Below the pieces are notes generated by a model. That model did not search any database. It was not told the origin of the DNA and saw nothing but the letters and a program-made list of their open reading frames with translations. 64,000 nucleotides of DNA from Paraspadella gotoi (Eukaryota > Animalia > Chaetognatha). How positions within the stretch are numbered: position 1 is the stretch's first letter; each line of letters opens with the position of its first letter. A program made the translations under genes and the position numbers. Positions 20,840 through 34,382 of this stretch are shown here, piece after piece. The stretch is from positions 4,048,161 through 4,112,160 of the forward strand of contig CM119263.1 in assembly GCA_051294375.1 (NCBI GenBank). Direction: 5' to 3'.

Positions 20840-22049
20840 NNNNNNNNNNNNNNNNNNNNNNNNNCTAATAAAAGTAGATGGAGCTAGGCGGCATGGGAAG
20901 AGCGGAACCAAAAGATTTAGACGTAATAACGTTGCTTTATGTATGAGCATTATATATTAGTAAGAGAGTAGCGATGACCTTGATTATACCAAATAACTGG
21001 AGGATCAAGATTAATTCATCACCGTTTGATGTCTCTCTCGAACATCGCTTGCGCCACTCGTTAGCGAGGTGGGTGTAGTTGGTTCTCGATTAGACATGTC
21101 TTATTTTATAGATTGAGAGATGCGATTATTACTTATACTAAGATAATATATTGGTTTGGTAACATTATGATAATTATGGTGTTAGGGTCTAATCAGCAGC
21201 TAAAAAAATATGTTTTGGTGATTTATATCTCAATGCTTGTTAAACTCTGATTCAAATATTATGTACAAATTTTATCACTCTTGTGTATTTAATAGCTAAA
21301 AAGATTAGAGGGTGTGATGCATTGATACTTAACAAAATTTGATGATATAATTTGCGTAAAATATGCATAAATATAAAAACGAGTAATTGTTATTTAACGA
21401 TCTGCGGCAAATTGCTGATTCAAGGATAGAAAAAATAACATGTATTTAAGATGTTTGAAAATAGTATCATTTTAAACGGGAAAACGAGTAATTAAACACT
21501 CACTGGACCGTTGGAGTTGTTGAGTAGGTAGGAAAGTTCTCCTTCATCAAGCGTTCGCAGAGAAGTAATAAGGACAGTGTCTGCTGATAGAGCGAGTTGA
21601 GGTTTAACTTGGAGCTGAGACGTTTACTCGAGAATAAGATAATTTTGGGAGGCGCTCGTTTGTGAGAAAGTTGAAGGGAATAAGTGTGAAAGTGGGTTAA
21701 CGGTTCAGCGTCGCGTGCGTGCAGGTAATAGAATGGCTCCCGCGTAGTTTTGTTGTGAGATATGTTTTTCTAGTGTTAGCGTCTTTGTTAGTTGTCAGTG
21801 ATCATTGTTTTCGGTAAAGGGGAAATCGCGAGAGGAGTAAGAGTAGTTGTGGAAGTAAGGGATGGAACGTAAGGAGAGAGGAGGGAGGAAGAGAGAGGAG
21901 GAGAGGAGAGAGAGGGAGAAGAGGGAGGAAAGAGAGGAGAGAGAGAGAGAGAGAGAGAACGAGCCGATATGCGATTTGAGTTCGAGGTGGAGATGGAGGA
22001 GAGAAGAACTCGAGTAGAGCACGAGTAGACAGGCGGGTGTATACGGCGT

Positions 22050-25000
22050 GGAATTCAGTACCGGAGGTTGAGGTGAGGGAGGCGTCGACGGTAAGTTGGG
22101 AGGCTGGGCATCGGCCGGGCGTCGATCTCGGCTGTCGAACGCCGTTTGAGGCTGAAGATGTTATACATAGTATTTTGTCTCGAGCTGAAATGAGCGATTA
22201 TAATTAAGTAGAAACTTCGAGAGATGTACGGATAGGCGGATAATGGGCTAATGAAAGGCGCGCAGGTTGGGCCACGCCACGGGGTCTGACGAATACATAT
22301 GTGCGTTGCGGATGAATTTGGACATGTAAGGGTGAGATGCGTGTTGTGGAATAGTTGTCGCGGGATACCCGTCGATGGACTAGATTGGCAGGGAAATCTG
22401 ACGGTGTTGCTCAGAAGTATACGTGCGGAAAAAATATGGAGTCGGCGTACGCGTCACGTTGGGTTAACCGCGAGGATGTGGCGGGATTAGTGATGCAACC
22501 ACTGCTCAGCGTAACTAGTCCGCTGGTGTGCTCTACTGGCGTTCAGTTAGTTCTAAGGCGAGAGAGAAATGGAAAGGCAAGTAAACCCATGAGCACGTCA
22601 GGTACAGCGCCGAGGCTGATACTAGTTCGTACTTCTTTAAACCAGAAGTTAACTGGTGGACGATATCTAGAGCGTCGAATAGTCGACAATGGTTATTGTA
22701 ATGGATTGTTTGGGATGGTAGATAGGTAACAGATTGTGAAATTACCATGAATTGAGTAAGTGAGTCAAAGATTGAAGAGAAAATTGGAATCTCGAGATGC
22801 TAGTGAGTAGGTAAGGACGCCCAAAGATGCACCATTAGTAAGACGAGAGGTAGAGAGGTCTAGAGAGCGTTGAGAGTCTTGATTAGAGCTATGGGGGAGA
22901 ATCGAGTAAAATCGATCGAGAAGAGAGAGAGAGTAGGAGATGTGGAAGGCTAGAGGGACGGAAGGCTCGGTTAAAGGGAGTTAGTGAAGATGGGGTTTGG
23001 CAGGGAGGAATTGTACTAGTCCATGTACAATGGCTGAAACGGCGCTCAGGAGATAGATTGAGAGGAGAGAGAGGGGCCACGGGTTCTGGTGAGGATGGAT
23101 AGCCATAATTGATCTACCGATTGGGGGATAGGTCGGGGGTGAGGCGGAGGATAATTAAAGGAGAGGGTTACCTTTCAGAGGGTGAGGTCTGAGGCTGGAG
23201 AGCTGAGGTTTAGGTGATATTAGGGAACGCGCTGAGAGTGTGAATTTAGAGTTAGTGATGTGGGATGGTACATAGCAACATTGGATAGTTCGTACGAGAG
23301 TGCGAAAGGAGGTTAAGTTCGAGAACCTGAGGACCAGTGAATGCGTGGGTAAAACCGAGTGAGGGATGATTAGGTGGGGTGATTAGGGAGGAAATAAGGC
23401 CTGAGACGCAAAGTCGAAGACGGCCGATTATCGGGTAAATGGACGAGAGGTGTTCCGGTCGTAACTTTGGCGCGTTGACATTCGTTGGGATTCCCGCCTA
23501 GTTGGCCCATTTTGGCAGTTTCTGGAGACGCATGCGTTCAGACGAATTTCAGCTATTGTTTGTACTCGTTCTTCGACGCTGGGATTCCCGAGTATGAATG
23601 GCGTGAAGAGGCGTTGCGCAGAGAAAGGGACAAATGGGCGTGGAGGGCGTTTGCTGAAGTAACGATGAGTGATGGTTCCTAAAGGGATTTTTCGAAACGA
23701 GGCCGAGAAGCGTGGTCGGACGAGCGTGATACTGCGCGAGTGGTGATCGATTGCATTTTTTCTACAGGTCGATATGCGCGTGCTGTAATATCGAAAGGGA
23801 GTATGATCAAGGAGTTTGATGTTTTCTGCTAACTTCTTGTCGCCGAGCCTCGCGATCTATCGGAGGAGGTTGATTTGGGGAGAGAAGAATGGAAGAGAGA
23901 TGAGGATGGGGAAGGGAGGGGAGAGAAGGGGGATTTGATGGTTCTTTCTTAACGTTTGTGGAGAGACAAGGATGCTAACGAACTTGGCCTTTCCCGCCAG
24001 ATTTTGAATACGTCGTGTATTCGCCCTATTCCAAGCAATTGGTAAGTGACGGGCCGTATGGGGCCGTTTTTTAGGAGAGCGGAAACTAACAGATTTTGAG
24101 TCTGTAAAGGTAAATTCTACTGATTTGGTTTGAAGTGGGCTAATGCTCGCCATGCGGCGATTAATGCGTCGAATGGGGGCAATGTTGTTGATTTTTCCTG
24201 GAGCTTGGCAGAAAAAGCAGGTCAAGCCCTTGGCCCTCGTTGGTCTCTGCGCGATGGGAGTGTTGGAGGCGTAAAGTAATTGCATGGAGCTCGGGCGTGA
24301 TTAGCGAGCATTGTCGCTCATGTGAAGGACGGATTTTTGATCGCCCTCAATGATTCTGCACTGGGTCAATCTAGAGTACCTTAGCGCTCTCCTGTTTTTC
24401 GTATTCAGGCTCGCTTTCAAAGAAGCAGGAAAGGTGTCACTGGAAGCGAAGGAAGATGAATCATGCTTATAAATTACATTAAACTCTGAAGGAATCGTGA
24501 AGTTCTTTGATGTGTAGTTCCGGACGTCGTGGTCTCTGCGTGTACGGCGCGGACTTCGGATCGTGTAAGGGAGAATGCGTGCAGGTCGATCTGTAGCTAG
24601 GAAATGGCTCTGTTTCAGAACACTTTGTCGATGACGACTAATTCGGCCTATCGTTCTGTGCGAGAGTTCAAGACTATCGCGTAGATGTTGCTCGTGCTGT
24701 CCTGATCGAGTGTAGGAGGCGATAGAAGTAATGTTCGTATTACGGGACGAAAACGAGGAGGCCATCCAAATATCCTAAGACGAAATAGTTTGACCCGCGT
24801 TTTAGGGGCCGAACGGGGTCCTCGGAAAACATATAACGAATGGGGTTATGAATCGGTTTTTAGGAGTCTTGTCGGACCGATGGGAATTGTGTAACCCTTT
24901 AATAAGTATAGTTTACTGAAGACTTTCTTGCAGCGATTGCGTTGAAGTCGTTTCATTATCGTTTTTACAGGTACTTTCATGTTTAGGTATTGTGGTAGTT

Positions 25001-25810
25001 GATGCGTCTGAAATTGCCTACAGATCGATATCTTTTCCCGCGGGCGGTGTTGACGACAAGAACTGGGGCGAGCGGGCCCCGGGCTCCCTGGGCGCGTCGA
25101 GGCGGCGGCAGCTTACGGTTTTTGCTTCCCGGACCCGCGCATCTTGCTTTTGGGCGGGGAGTCTTAGGAATGCGGCATAGTTATCAAAAGGTGTTTTTTA
25201 AAGCGGAGGCGGAAGTTTGGGGAGCAGGCGGTAGGGTGGTGATCCGGATGGTCGGTTGGTAGTCTGGGATGTAAGTGTTGCACAGCTGTGTTGTGAGGTC
25301 GTTCGAGGGTGGTTTTAATTTGGAGCGATTAAAAGAAGGCGAAGACACAAAGATCGTTGGATAAAAGTGTAGGTAGTTGTATACAGGAGTCGTCCGAGAA
25401 TTGAGATGGAGATGGGAAATTTAATAGCGATTGATAAGTGATGTTAGTTGCTTTAAGAGCTAGAGAGAGAAGTAAGATAGATGAAGAAGTCGTGGCAAGT
25501 TAGAGTAGAATACGTGACGGGATGGTCGGGCAACGAAGATAGATAACATCCGATAAGAAAGTACGGAAGCCAAGATAATGGTTGCGTACAGCACAGAGAT
25601 GAAATCGTTTTGGTAAGAGTTGAATGAGTTAGCGAGATAAATTGTTAGAAGTAAGAAAACGTCGGCTGCGACCGACGGACTAGTAACGATGCCGGGGAGG
25701 AGGGACAGCGGGCGAGCAGGATCGATGTGAGGAAGCCGTTTGCTATGATATTAGTATTGTAGAGATCTCTCATTAATAAGCACAGTTAGTAATACATGAG
25801 ACGTTGAGAG
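22050..25810 (-). mobile_element. Degenerate or noisy Ty3/Gypsy LTR retrotransposon pol (protease-RT-RNase H-integrase)
   Basis: Minus-strand motifs read across frameshifts, in Gypsy order. Protease: FL-ID-like (~25730). RT: GNFRRIN (~25010), KVFSKL.LLKGY..IP (~24880-24925), PKT..ITPF, PFG.KNAGQTF (~24790-24815), IAS...QHEQHLR (~24680-24725). RNase H: ASN..I, AFF..KL, SI.HF, FTDSK, GKA.FV (~23960-24290). Integrase: PRPFVP (~23630), KWA...ECQRAKV (~23460-23510), PERRFSH, LDRFTRF (~22900-22921), FG.P, YHP, PDVLMGL. No gag or LTR was recognised. Confidence 0.85.
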
Positions 25811-26590
25811 ATAAATAAGAAGAGAGTTAGCGACATGCCATCGAAAAAGGAAGAACAGATTGGAGTGGTATGTTGCAAGAGGTGATCGTAGAACGAATAT
25901 AATGTTAGTGATTCTTTGAGTGAGTCATGCTTGCTCGCTCTGCGGGATACGTCTCTCGTCCTCTCATCTCGCTCCGCGCCCGCCAGTTTTCCTGTTGGGT
26001 CGCGTAGCACTCTCCTCTCCGGGCTCACTTTCTGGCTCGCGTCGCCAAAAATCTTTCGATGCTCGAAATCATACCTTTCGCGAGCGCGCTCTTTCTTTTT
26101 TTTCTTGGGGAGCTTCATTTGATCTGCTCGCTGAATGCTGCTGTTTTGCGTAGTCTCCTCTCTCGGCGCTTTTCCGGCATTTTCTCTCCGCCTGGGCGTT
26201 TGAAATATTATCTTGTCTCGCGGCGTCTGAGTGCGAATCTGTCTCATCTCGCTATCTCTCTCTCTCTCTCTCTCAGATGATGGGTCTCGACCCGCTGGAA
26301 GTTAAGTTTATCTCCGAAGAGTTTTTCCGATAACCTTCGCTATTTGACCTTCGAAGCCAAAGGGAGACGAGTTGGAAGAAGACGCGAAGTGTGGGTGCGA
26401 GGTTTGCGCAGTCAGGTGTGGTTAGTTAAGTGTGCGTAGTCAGGTTTGTGTCGTGAGGTGTGAGTGCTAAATGTGGGTATTCAGATGTGGGTTCGGAAGT
26501 GTGAAGTGCGAAATGTGGGTAGTCATAAGTTTAATGAAGTTGCAGTAGCGAAGTGTGGCTAGTGTGGTATGGATACTCTGTGTGAATATT

Positions 26591-27633
26591 GAGGTGTTGG
26601 GGCCGGCTCATGTCAGGGGCAAGACGGGTTATTTATTGAATGAATGGATATTTTTCAAATTGGTTGTTCCAATGTCACAGGGAAAAAACGAAAGGAAAGG
26701 TTATGACGAAAAAATGGTGAAGACGCCGCTGATGTCACGTTAGGTGAATCGTCACGTGAGACTTGTTTTTTTCCGGGTCACGTGGCTCCGAATATCGTAA
26801 ACACGCAAACTTTGCAACCCAAAGTGAAAAGATGATGGAAACGGCTTCGTCACCTGTAAATGAAATCGTCACCTGGAAATAAAGTCTGCACCTGGCAAGT
26901 ACTTTGAAAGTTTGTTGTGGGTAAAAGATGTCAGTACCGGGAAATAAAGTTGGCACCGGGAAACGATATCGGCACCGGAAATGAAGTTAGCACCAAGCAA
27001 TGAAGTCGGGGACGCGAGACGGTGTTGGTGTTGGGAAAATGAAGTTGGCACCGTGGAAATGAAGAGAGCCCTGAAACTGTGAAAGCTGTGAAAGAAATAT
27101 CTGGACCAAGAAATGAGGTCGGTTTTGAGAAAACCTGGAAACTGTGAAGGCAGGAAATGATTTTGGCAACGGGAAATAAATTTGGCGCCGGGATATGACG
27201 TTGGCGCCATGAAATGAATTTGGCGCCGGGAAATGACTTTGGCAACATGAAATTAATTTGGCGCCGGGAAATGAATTTTGCAACGGGAAATGACGTTGGC
27301 GCCGGGAAATGACTTCGGCACTGGGATTAGATGACCTCACTAGGAAAAGATTTGACGGGAAACGACGCGAGAGAAAAAGAAAGTCGAGCGAATTCGGTGG
27401 GAAATTCGAGGCGCCTGAAAAATGATGCCATCACAAAAGAAAGAAGAAAAAAAACCTGAAAAGAAAGAAATGTGTATGAAAGTCGAGGCGATTGTCTCTT
27501 AGGTGGAGATTGATTTGAAGTGAGTTTGTGAGATGTGAAATGATATTAAATTGGTACAACCAATATAAAATTTATCCATTCATTTAATAAACAAGCTATC
27601 TTGCCCCTGACTTTGGACAGGCTTTAAGGCCTC
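26591..27633. mobile_element. Non-autonomous TIR element (MITE/foldback-like) with an internal 19-bp minisatellite
   Basis: 26612-26673 (gtcaggggcaagacgggttatttattgaatgaatggata...ttggttgttccaat) is the imperfect reverse complement of 27550-27611. Weaker similarity extends out to gagg(26591)/cctc(27633). No TSD was found. Confidence 0.75.
26870..27325. repeat. 19-bp minisatellite, consensus GGCRMCGGGAAATGAMKTT
   Basis: Clean units at 27165-27325 and degenerate units from ~26870. Confidence 0.9.
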
Positions 27634-27959
27634 CATCACTTTTACTAGATAATGACATAGCAGATCTTTGCAAGCTTTCAATCAAGTCTCCCTCACAGTC
27701 TCGTTTATTCACTCCAAGAGTACCTTGCTTCCCTATCATTGAAGTGGTTTAATGATTAAAAAAATGTTTTAATTGTATGAAAAGACCACTCCCTTAAGTA
27801 TCTTAGTTTTTGATCGGGAGATCTGTATTTGTGAAACGACGGTGATGACTGAGGGCCATCAGAAGAACTCTGAAGAATAGAAGCAATGATGGAGGACACA
27901 TGAGTATGCTTTACGGAGATCGGTCAATATAATGTGATAACATTCTAATTAACTCTTAA

Positions 27960-29560
27960 GAAATGGAAGAATGTACAGACATGAAGATTGTAGCAAGGAA
28001 CGAGGTGAAGTGAAGTGTCTTAAAAGACGCTCAGGCAGGGAATGACAAAACGAAGAGAGAAGAGAGAAGAGAGAAGAGGCGAGGAGAGAGGCGAGAGAGA
28101 GAGGTGAAGCCGAGGAAGGACGAAGAGTGAGAGAGGGACGCCGGAAAGTGGTGAATGTGTTCAGTGAATAGATGAACGACTCGAGAGAAATAAACTGAGA
28201 TTCACAAAATCATTACGATGATTACGACAGATCATGTGAACGAGCTGCATAATCAAATCCTTTTTGCGGTTGTTCGATTCTGGCAGATCGATGATTCTCC
28301 ACAGTTAGTCTTCTATGATTGTTTATCTTTATTATATTATCATAAATATTTTCATCATCTCACTCAGTCATATCTTCCAATATCAAGATCATCACATCAT
28401 TATCATGCCATAGAGTATTATATATCAGAATACTATTTCATCATCAGTACTAATATAATGCTGTATCATCATTATCACAATCATTCATAATGGATCCTAC
28501 AATATAACCAATGTCTAAATCATCATCGTGTCCATCATCATCGATCATGCAATCCTCGGGATAATACTAAGTCGTGTTTCATCCAACTTTTCTTGGCGAG
28601 CGTCCAGATCTTCGACGAGAAAATGAAATGAAGAACTTGACGGTGTGTCGGGACATGTATCGTGTGTGTCCCGCCGTGTCGTGTCCGTCTGGTCTGGTGT
28701 GGTCGTTGAGATTTTGTCTTTCTTTTTTTTTCATAATTGTTGTTACGTTTCTCCGATTAATGTGAGATTAATTTTTTTGTGAAAGTCCTATCATGCTAAT
28801 AGAGTCACTATTCAGTGGAATGAATAACTGAGAACTCATATAGTTGACTGTGAAATGTATAGACTTTATTCTTTTTGTTGGGACGTTGTCAATTCTTTGG
28901 TCGCGTGCATCGTCGTGTCGTTGTTAACGGATTGATTTGTATCGGTCATTGACTGCAATGGCTGGTTGATTGAAGGTGCATCTGTTTTGTGGTGTTGTGT
29001 GTTGTGGGTGCATCGACTTCCCTGCTTCAGCACCGAGTATATTTCATTCTGAGGTCAAAATTCTCCGATTCACTAGGAGGTCGACCATCTGCCTTCTCTT
29101 CTCCTCTCCTCCATCTCCTCTCTGTCTCGTCTCTTTCAGTTTCATCTNNNNNNNNNNNNNNNNNNNNNNNNNGAAGCGGCCACAAAAACTGAGAATCAAA
29201 AAATGGAGCCATAGATCGGCTTTGAAATGGAATCATATAATGATGTAATAATCTAAAAATCTTAATGAAATTGAAATGTAACAAACTTGACAGTTTACAG
29301 GACGCGGTGAATGTGAAGTGTCTGTAGAAAGACGCCTCAGGAAGAGGACAATGGCAATAGAAAACGATTAAATGAGAGAGAGAGAGAGNNNNNNNNNNNN
29401 NNNNNNNNNNNNNNNNNNNNNNNNNNNNNNNNNNNNNNNNNNNNNNNNNNNNNNNNNNNNNNNNNNNNNNNNNNNNNNNNNNNNNNNNNNNNNNNNNNNN
29501 NNNNNNNNNNNNNNNNNNNNNNNNNNNNNNNNNNNNNNNNNNNNNNNNNNNNNNNNNNNN

Positions 29561-29595
<35 letters not shown>

Positions 29596-29840
29596 GGCCG
29601 GAATGGAATTCGTTCAAGTGAAAGAATGAAACGATTCTCTCGGGAGAATAAACTGAAGATTCACAAAATCATCGATCATCGACAGCATCAATGGAACGAA
29701 AGGCTGCAGAATCAAATTCCTTATTGCGTTGTTGTCGATTCTGGCAGGACTCGATTCCTTCTTCACCATTAGTCGCTCTCTCAAATATCGTCTTTATCTA
29801 TCATCATCATTATCATCATCATCATCTGTCTTCATCATCT

Positions 29841-29879
<39 letters not shown>

Positions 29880-29942
29880 TATCATCATGATATCATCATC
29901 ATCATAATAATCATCATCTATCATCATCATCAATATCATCTG

Positions 29943-29974
<32 letters not shown>

Positions 29975-30413
29975 TACCATCATCATCAATATCGTCTATC
30001 ATCATCATCTGTCATCATCATCATCATCATCCTCGGCGGCAAATAATAATCGTGTTTCTCCAACTTTTTCCTTCGCCGATTTTCGTCCCAATCTTCGACC
30101 AGAAAAAAAATAGAACGAAAGAAAACCTGGTGGTCGGCGTCGTCGTCGTTGTTGTTGTAGTCGTTGTCGTTGTCGTCGTTGTCTTCGTCGTCGTCGTCTT
30201 CGTCGTCGTGGTCGTATTGACGACTTATTTTCTTTTTCTTTTTTTTTCATAATTGTTGTCATCGGTTTCTCGATGTCATTGTGATGGAAAGTTTTTGTGA
30301 TAAGGTCCTCTTCTGCTAATGTCACGGTGGCAATGATAACCATGAGAACTCATATCATTGATGTAGAAATTCTAGACTTTTTCTTTTTTTGTGCTGGGGA
30401 CGTTGTCAACTTC
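27960..30413. repeat. Noisy duplication (~27960-28890 vs ~29270-30413) around N gaps, including an (ATC)n tract
   Basis: Shared anchors gtgaagtgtct..aaagacgc, aataaactga(a)gattcacaaaatcat, gattctggcag, gagaactcatat and gggacgttgtcaa. Confidence 0.85.
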
Positions 30414-31078
30414 NNNNNNNNNNCCTCTTTTTTTATTCTCCTTTTATATTTTTTTGGTTATTTTTTTCATTAATTTTTGTATACTGACCTTTTTTTTAGT
30501 TTTGGGTTTTTCTCTTCTTTTCTTTTCTTTATTTTTTTTCCTTTCTCTTCCTTTTGATATTTCTGTTCCTATTCTGCTCATATTTTTCTTTTTATGTTTC
30601 TTTCCTCTATATTCTCAATTTTCTTTACCTCTTCTTTTTTTTCCCTTTTTCCTCCTTTTCCTCTTTTCCCTTTTCTTTTTTTTCCTTTTCTTTTTATCTC
30701 CCTTCTTTCCTCTTTTTCCTCTTTTCCCTTATATTTCTTTTCTTCTTCTTTTTATGTTCCTTTTTCCTCTTTTTCCTCCTTTCCTTTTTCTTTCTTTTTC
30801 CTCTTCCTTTTTTCTCCTTTTCCTCCATTCCTTTTTTTCCTTTTTTCTCTTCACGCGTTTTCGGTGGTCGAGGAGAGGCGAAGGAACGTTCACGCGAGAA
30901 AGGTGATCAACGTCGAGAGAGTGTGAGACGGTGAGAGAGAGTGCAGGAAAAGGAGAGTGTGAGACCGTGAGAGAGCGTGTGGGAGAAGGAGAGTTTGGGA
31001 CGGAGAGAGGGTGCCAGGAGAAAAGAGGGTGCAAGATAAATCATTGAGCGTAAAGTAAGAAAAATGTATGATGTTAAA

Positions 31079-31113
<35 letters not shown>

Positions 31114-31344
31114 CATGATTGATTGATGATGATGAATTGATGATGATGTTGATGATGATGTGATTTTTGATGATGATGAATTCGATGATGATGGATGAAT
31201 AGATGATGAAGGATGTAATGACAAAAAAGGAAAAAGAGAAAGATCCAATGTTTTGTTGTCGAATGCATTTTAATCGTTGTATCGTCATTTCATCGTTCGT
31301 CGTCGCTATCGCGTCATTCGTCCCAGCCGGGTCGGATTCTCTGG

Positions 31345-32155
31345 TGCAAAGTTTTTTTTTTGATAGTCGCCATGTTTCGTCATGGGGAGTCGAGACGCGG
31401 CCGTGACCACGTGACACGACTTGACGCAACGTGACCGCAGTTTCTTTGAATTAATATTCATTTTTTTGTGCACCTCTGATTGAGTCTTTAGTGCCTTTTT
31501 CACGAAGGAGATTAGTGAGTTTTTATTTCTTTGCGCTTTTTTTTTTTTTTTTCTTTTCTTTGCTTGCTTCTTTTCTTTCCGATATTTTTTTCCGGTTTAT
31601 CTTTTTCTTATTCTCGATTCTATTTCCTTCTGTTTCTTGAAACTTCGTTTCTTTATTTAACTAAGCACTATTTTTTGTTTGTCTCTCCGCTTCTCCTTTC
31701 NNNNNNNNNNNNNNNNNNNNNNNNNTGGCAAAGTTTTTTTTTTGAAAGTCGCCATGTTGTCGTCCATGGGAGCGAGACGCGGCGTGACACGACGTGACAC
31801 GACTTGACGCAACGTGACGCAGTTTCTTTCGAATTTAAATTATCNNNNNNNNNNNNNNNNNNNNNNNNNNNNNNNNNNNNNNNNNNNNNNNNNNNNNNNN
31901 NNNNNNNNNNNNNNNNNNNNNNNNNNNNNNNNNNNNNNNNNNNNNNNNNNNNNNNNNNNNNNNNNNNNNNNNNNNNNNNNNNNNNNNNNNNNNNNNNNNN
32001 NNNNNNNNNNNNNNNNNNNNNNNNNNNNNNNNNNNNNNNTTGCTTCTTTCTTTTCCGAAATATTTTTTTTTCCGCGTTTAATCTTTTTTTATTCTCGATT
32101 CTATTTCCGATTCTGTTTCGCTTCGTTTCTTTAACTAAGCACATTTTTTGTTTGT
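31345..32155. repeat. ~350 bp duplication across a 25-N gap
   Basis: gcaaagttttttttt..gtcgccatgtt...cacgacttgacgcaacgtgac appears on both sides of 31701-31725. Confidence 0.85.
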
Positions 32156-33959
32156 NNNNNNNNNNNNNNNNNNNNNNNNNAACAGGAACCTATTAAGTTT
32201 CTTCATTTAATGTGCTTTTAAATCTTCTCCTCTAAAATATAAACTAAATACGAAACCCATAAGGTAAGTTGTCGTATACAAAGCTTCTAAAGGAAGACAA
32301 AGCAACCCCCACCGAAAAAGGTCAGAGAAGAAGAAACATGAGAGCAGATGAGGGAGAAATGAGGAGAAGAAGTAAAGAAGTAAGAAAATTGAAGACAGAA
32401 GACTTTCTCACGACCTGAGCAAAGATGAAGAACGATTGAGAGGCCGCCGAGAGGAGTAATCTTCGCATTTTCAATTTCTCTTCTCTTCTTCATCCCAAGG
32501 TAAGTCGAAAGGGAAATTAACTAACGTAACCAGAAACCTCCTAGAGCGAGCGGATGAAACTGAGTGTCAGAAGCCCCGGTAGAACGCAAAAGGAGAGAAG
32601 GCCCGGAGAAAAGCGGAGTAAAAGATGGCAGAGTGCGGAGGAAGCACCGGAGAAAGCGAGAGAGCGGTACGACGGAAGAAAGAGTCGAGAAGACGGGTCA
32701 CACGACCACCCAGATTACATCCTGCGTGCCGTTCCTTAAGTAAGACCACACACGAAGCCCGTAAACCTATTCGTATCAGCATTCACTTACCAATACTGTC
32801 TCCCATACTCTCCATCGATGAATAAAAAAAGTACAAACAAAGCGCGGTCCTTCTTTTCATATCTCTCGCATTCGTGTGCACAACAAACAAAACTAGTTAC
32901 TTCTTTTTTCTTATATTTCAACCACACATTTTTGCTAAACAGACATGTAAGATAAACATGCCCAAGAAAAAAAGTCAAAAAAAAAGGGCCCAGAAATTTA
33001 AGATTAATCTCACTACCTGTTCTAAGTTTTAATGAATTTGTATTCAATTCTGTTTTGCCTGGATCTCTTCCAAGAAAAGGAGGCTCCACTAAAGATTGTC
33101 CTCAAATCAGAGGTTGCAAACGTTTGTCACCAAAAAAGTATGTGGATGATTAATATTTATAATTTTTCGAACAAATTAATTAAATTTTTTCCCGTACAAA
33201 AAAATCGGGCGTAACTCACGATTTTGCCGTTCAAGCTCGTGTTCCCCACGATTTTTGTCTTTATCTTTTTCTTTTTTTATCCCGGACGATTCGGGCTTGG
33301 TTCACGAGAAGCACAACGGACGGCTGTGGGTCTCTTGAATTTTTTTGTTGTAATCTTGACCAAATATGTGCTATCAGTCACCTTGTGCCCAAAAAAAATG
33401 AAAACTTTCGAACAACAGAAGAATCCGGGGTGGGACCCATCAAGATTCAGGCACAGATAAAAGGATCGAAGAGAGTTCGACAGAGACACTGATATGGCAA
33501 TAGAGCTTTCGATCATAGTCAATTGCAAGATCTTGATAACGTATTAAACCTGGTCAACGAGACTTAATTAGACTTTTCGTATCGATAAACATCAATATTA
33601 TCTATTTGCGGGGACAACTTTTCTCAATTCATTTTGTTTGGTTTCCATACGTCGTTTTTGCCCACAATTTCCTTCATTCAACAATTTAAAATATTCGACC
33701 ATGCTCAATATTCAATTCATAAGTTTCAATGTTTCTTCTATTCATTCCAAGCATACATTCCAATCGACAAATCAATTCAACAAAATCAATCATCATTCAT
33801 CATCATCACATCCATTTCATACATTCCATATACGGAATTACATAGCTATATCTAAAACTAATTCAATTCATCATTTCTATCCCTCATCATATATCCATCC
33901 AATCTTACTCTAACAATTCAAATATAGCATTCATATTTCACATTATAATCATTCATTAC

Positions 33960-34382
33960 TTCTTATACAGCTCAACGATTGTTAAACGTTGATTACTCCT
34001 TGCGTGGCTTTTGTCTCCACCTGGGGCACGCCTGCGTGCTTTAGCGCCTTTGGATCCGTCGTCCTTGCTATTGTCGTCGTCGTCAATTGTGTAGTCGCCA
34101 TTGTAGTTCGTTAATAGTTTCTCGTAAACGTAAATGGTCCATGCGCGTTGTCCCTCCATTCTCTGGGATTTTGTCCCGTCAATCGTCTTTTGTGTTTAGC
34201 ACAGAAAAAAAGATATACTCAGCGTGGGGTCCTCGTCCCGTACCCAAATTCGTTTTCGCTCTTCCTCTACGTCGCACGCTGGCGGCTCTACCGTCGTTAA
34301 AGCCCCGTCGACTCGATCGTCTCCTTTTTTTTCACTACGCTCACTTACAACTTCTCCAACTTTTGATGTGAAACCACTATAC
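33960..34382 (-). CDS. Candidate exon of an unidentified minus-strand gene (noisy, frameshifted)
   Basis: Pyrimidine-rich acceptor ...ccgtttcag|G. Reads YSGFTSKVGEVVSERSEKKGDDRVDG..., then in another frame a coiled-coil-like LRLRETINELQWRL. No homology recognised. Confidence 0.25.

Noticed and set aside
20865-22050. 3' LTR of the Gypsy element
   Set aside because: No matching second LTR, polypurine tract or TG...CA boundary could be identified.
24180-24225. CFFCQAPGK as a gag CCHC zinc knuckle
   Set aside because: It lies between the RT and the RNase H FTD motif. It is better explained as a frameshifted RNase H LAFFS.KL motif.
25850-26270. gag ORF of the Gypsy element, or a homologue of the ORF at 32554-32739 (shared ARERYD)
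   Set aside because: No gag motifs, and the similarity is limited to six residues in low-complexity charged sequence.
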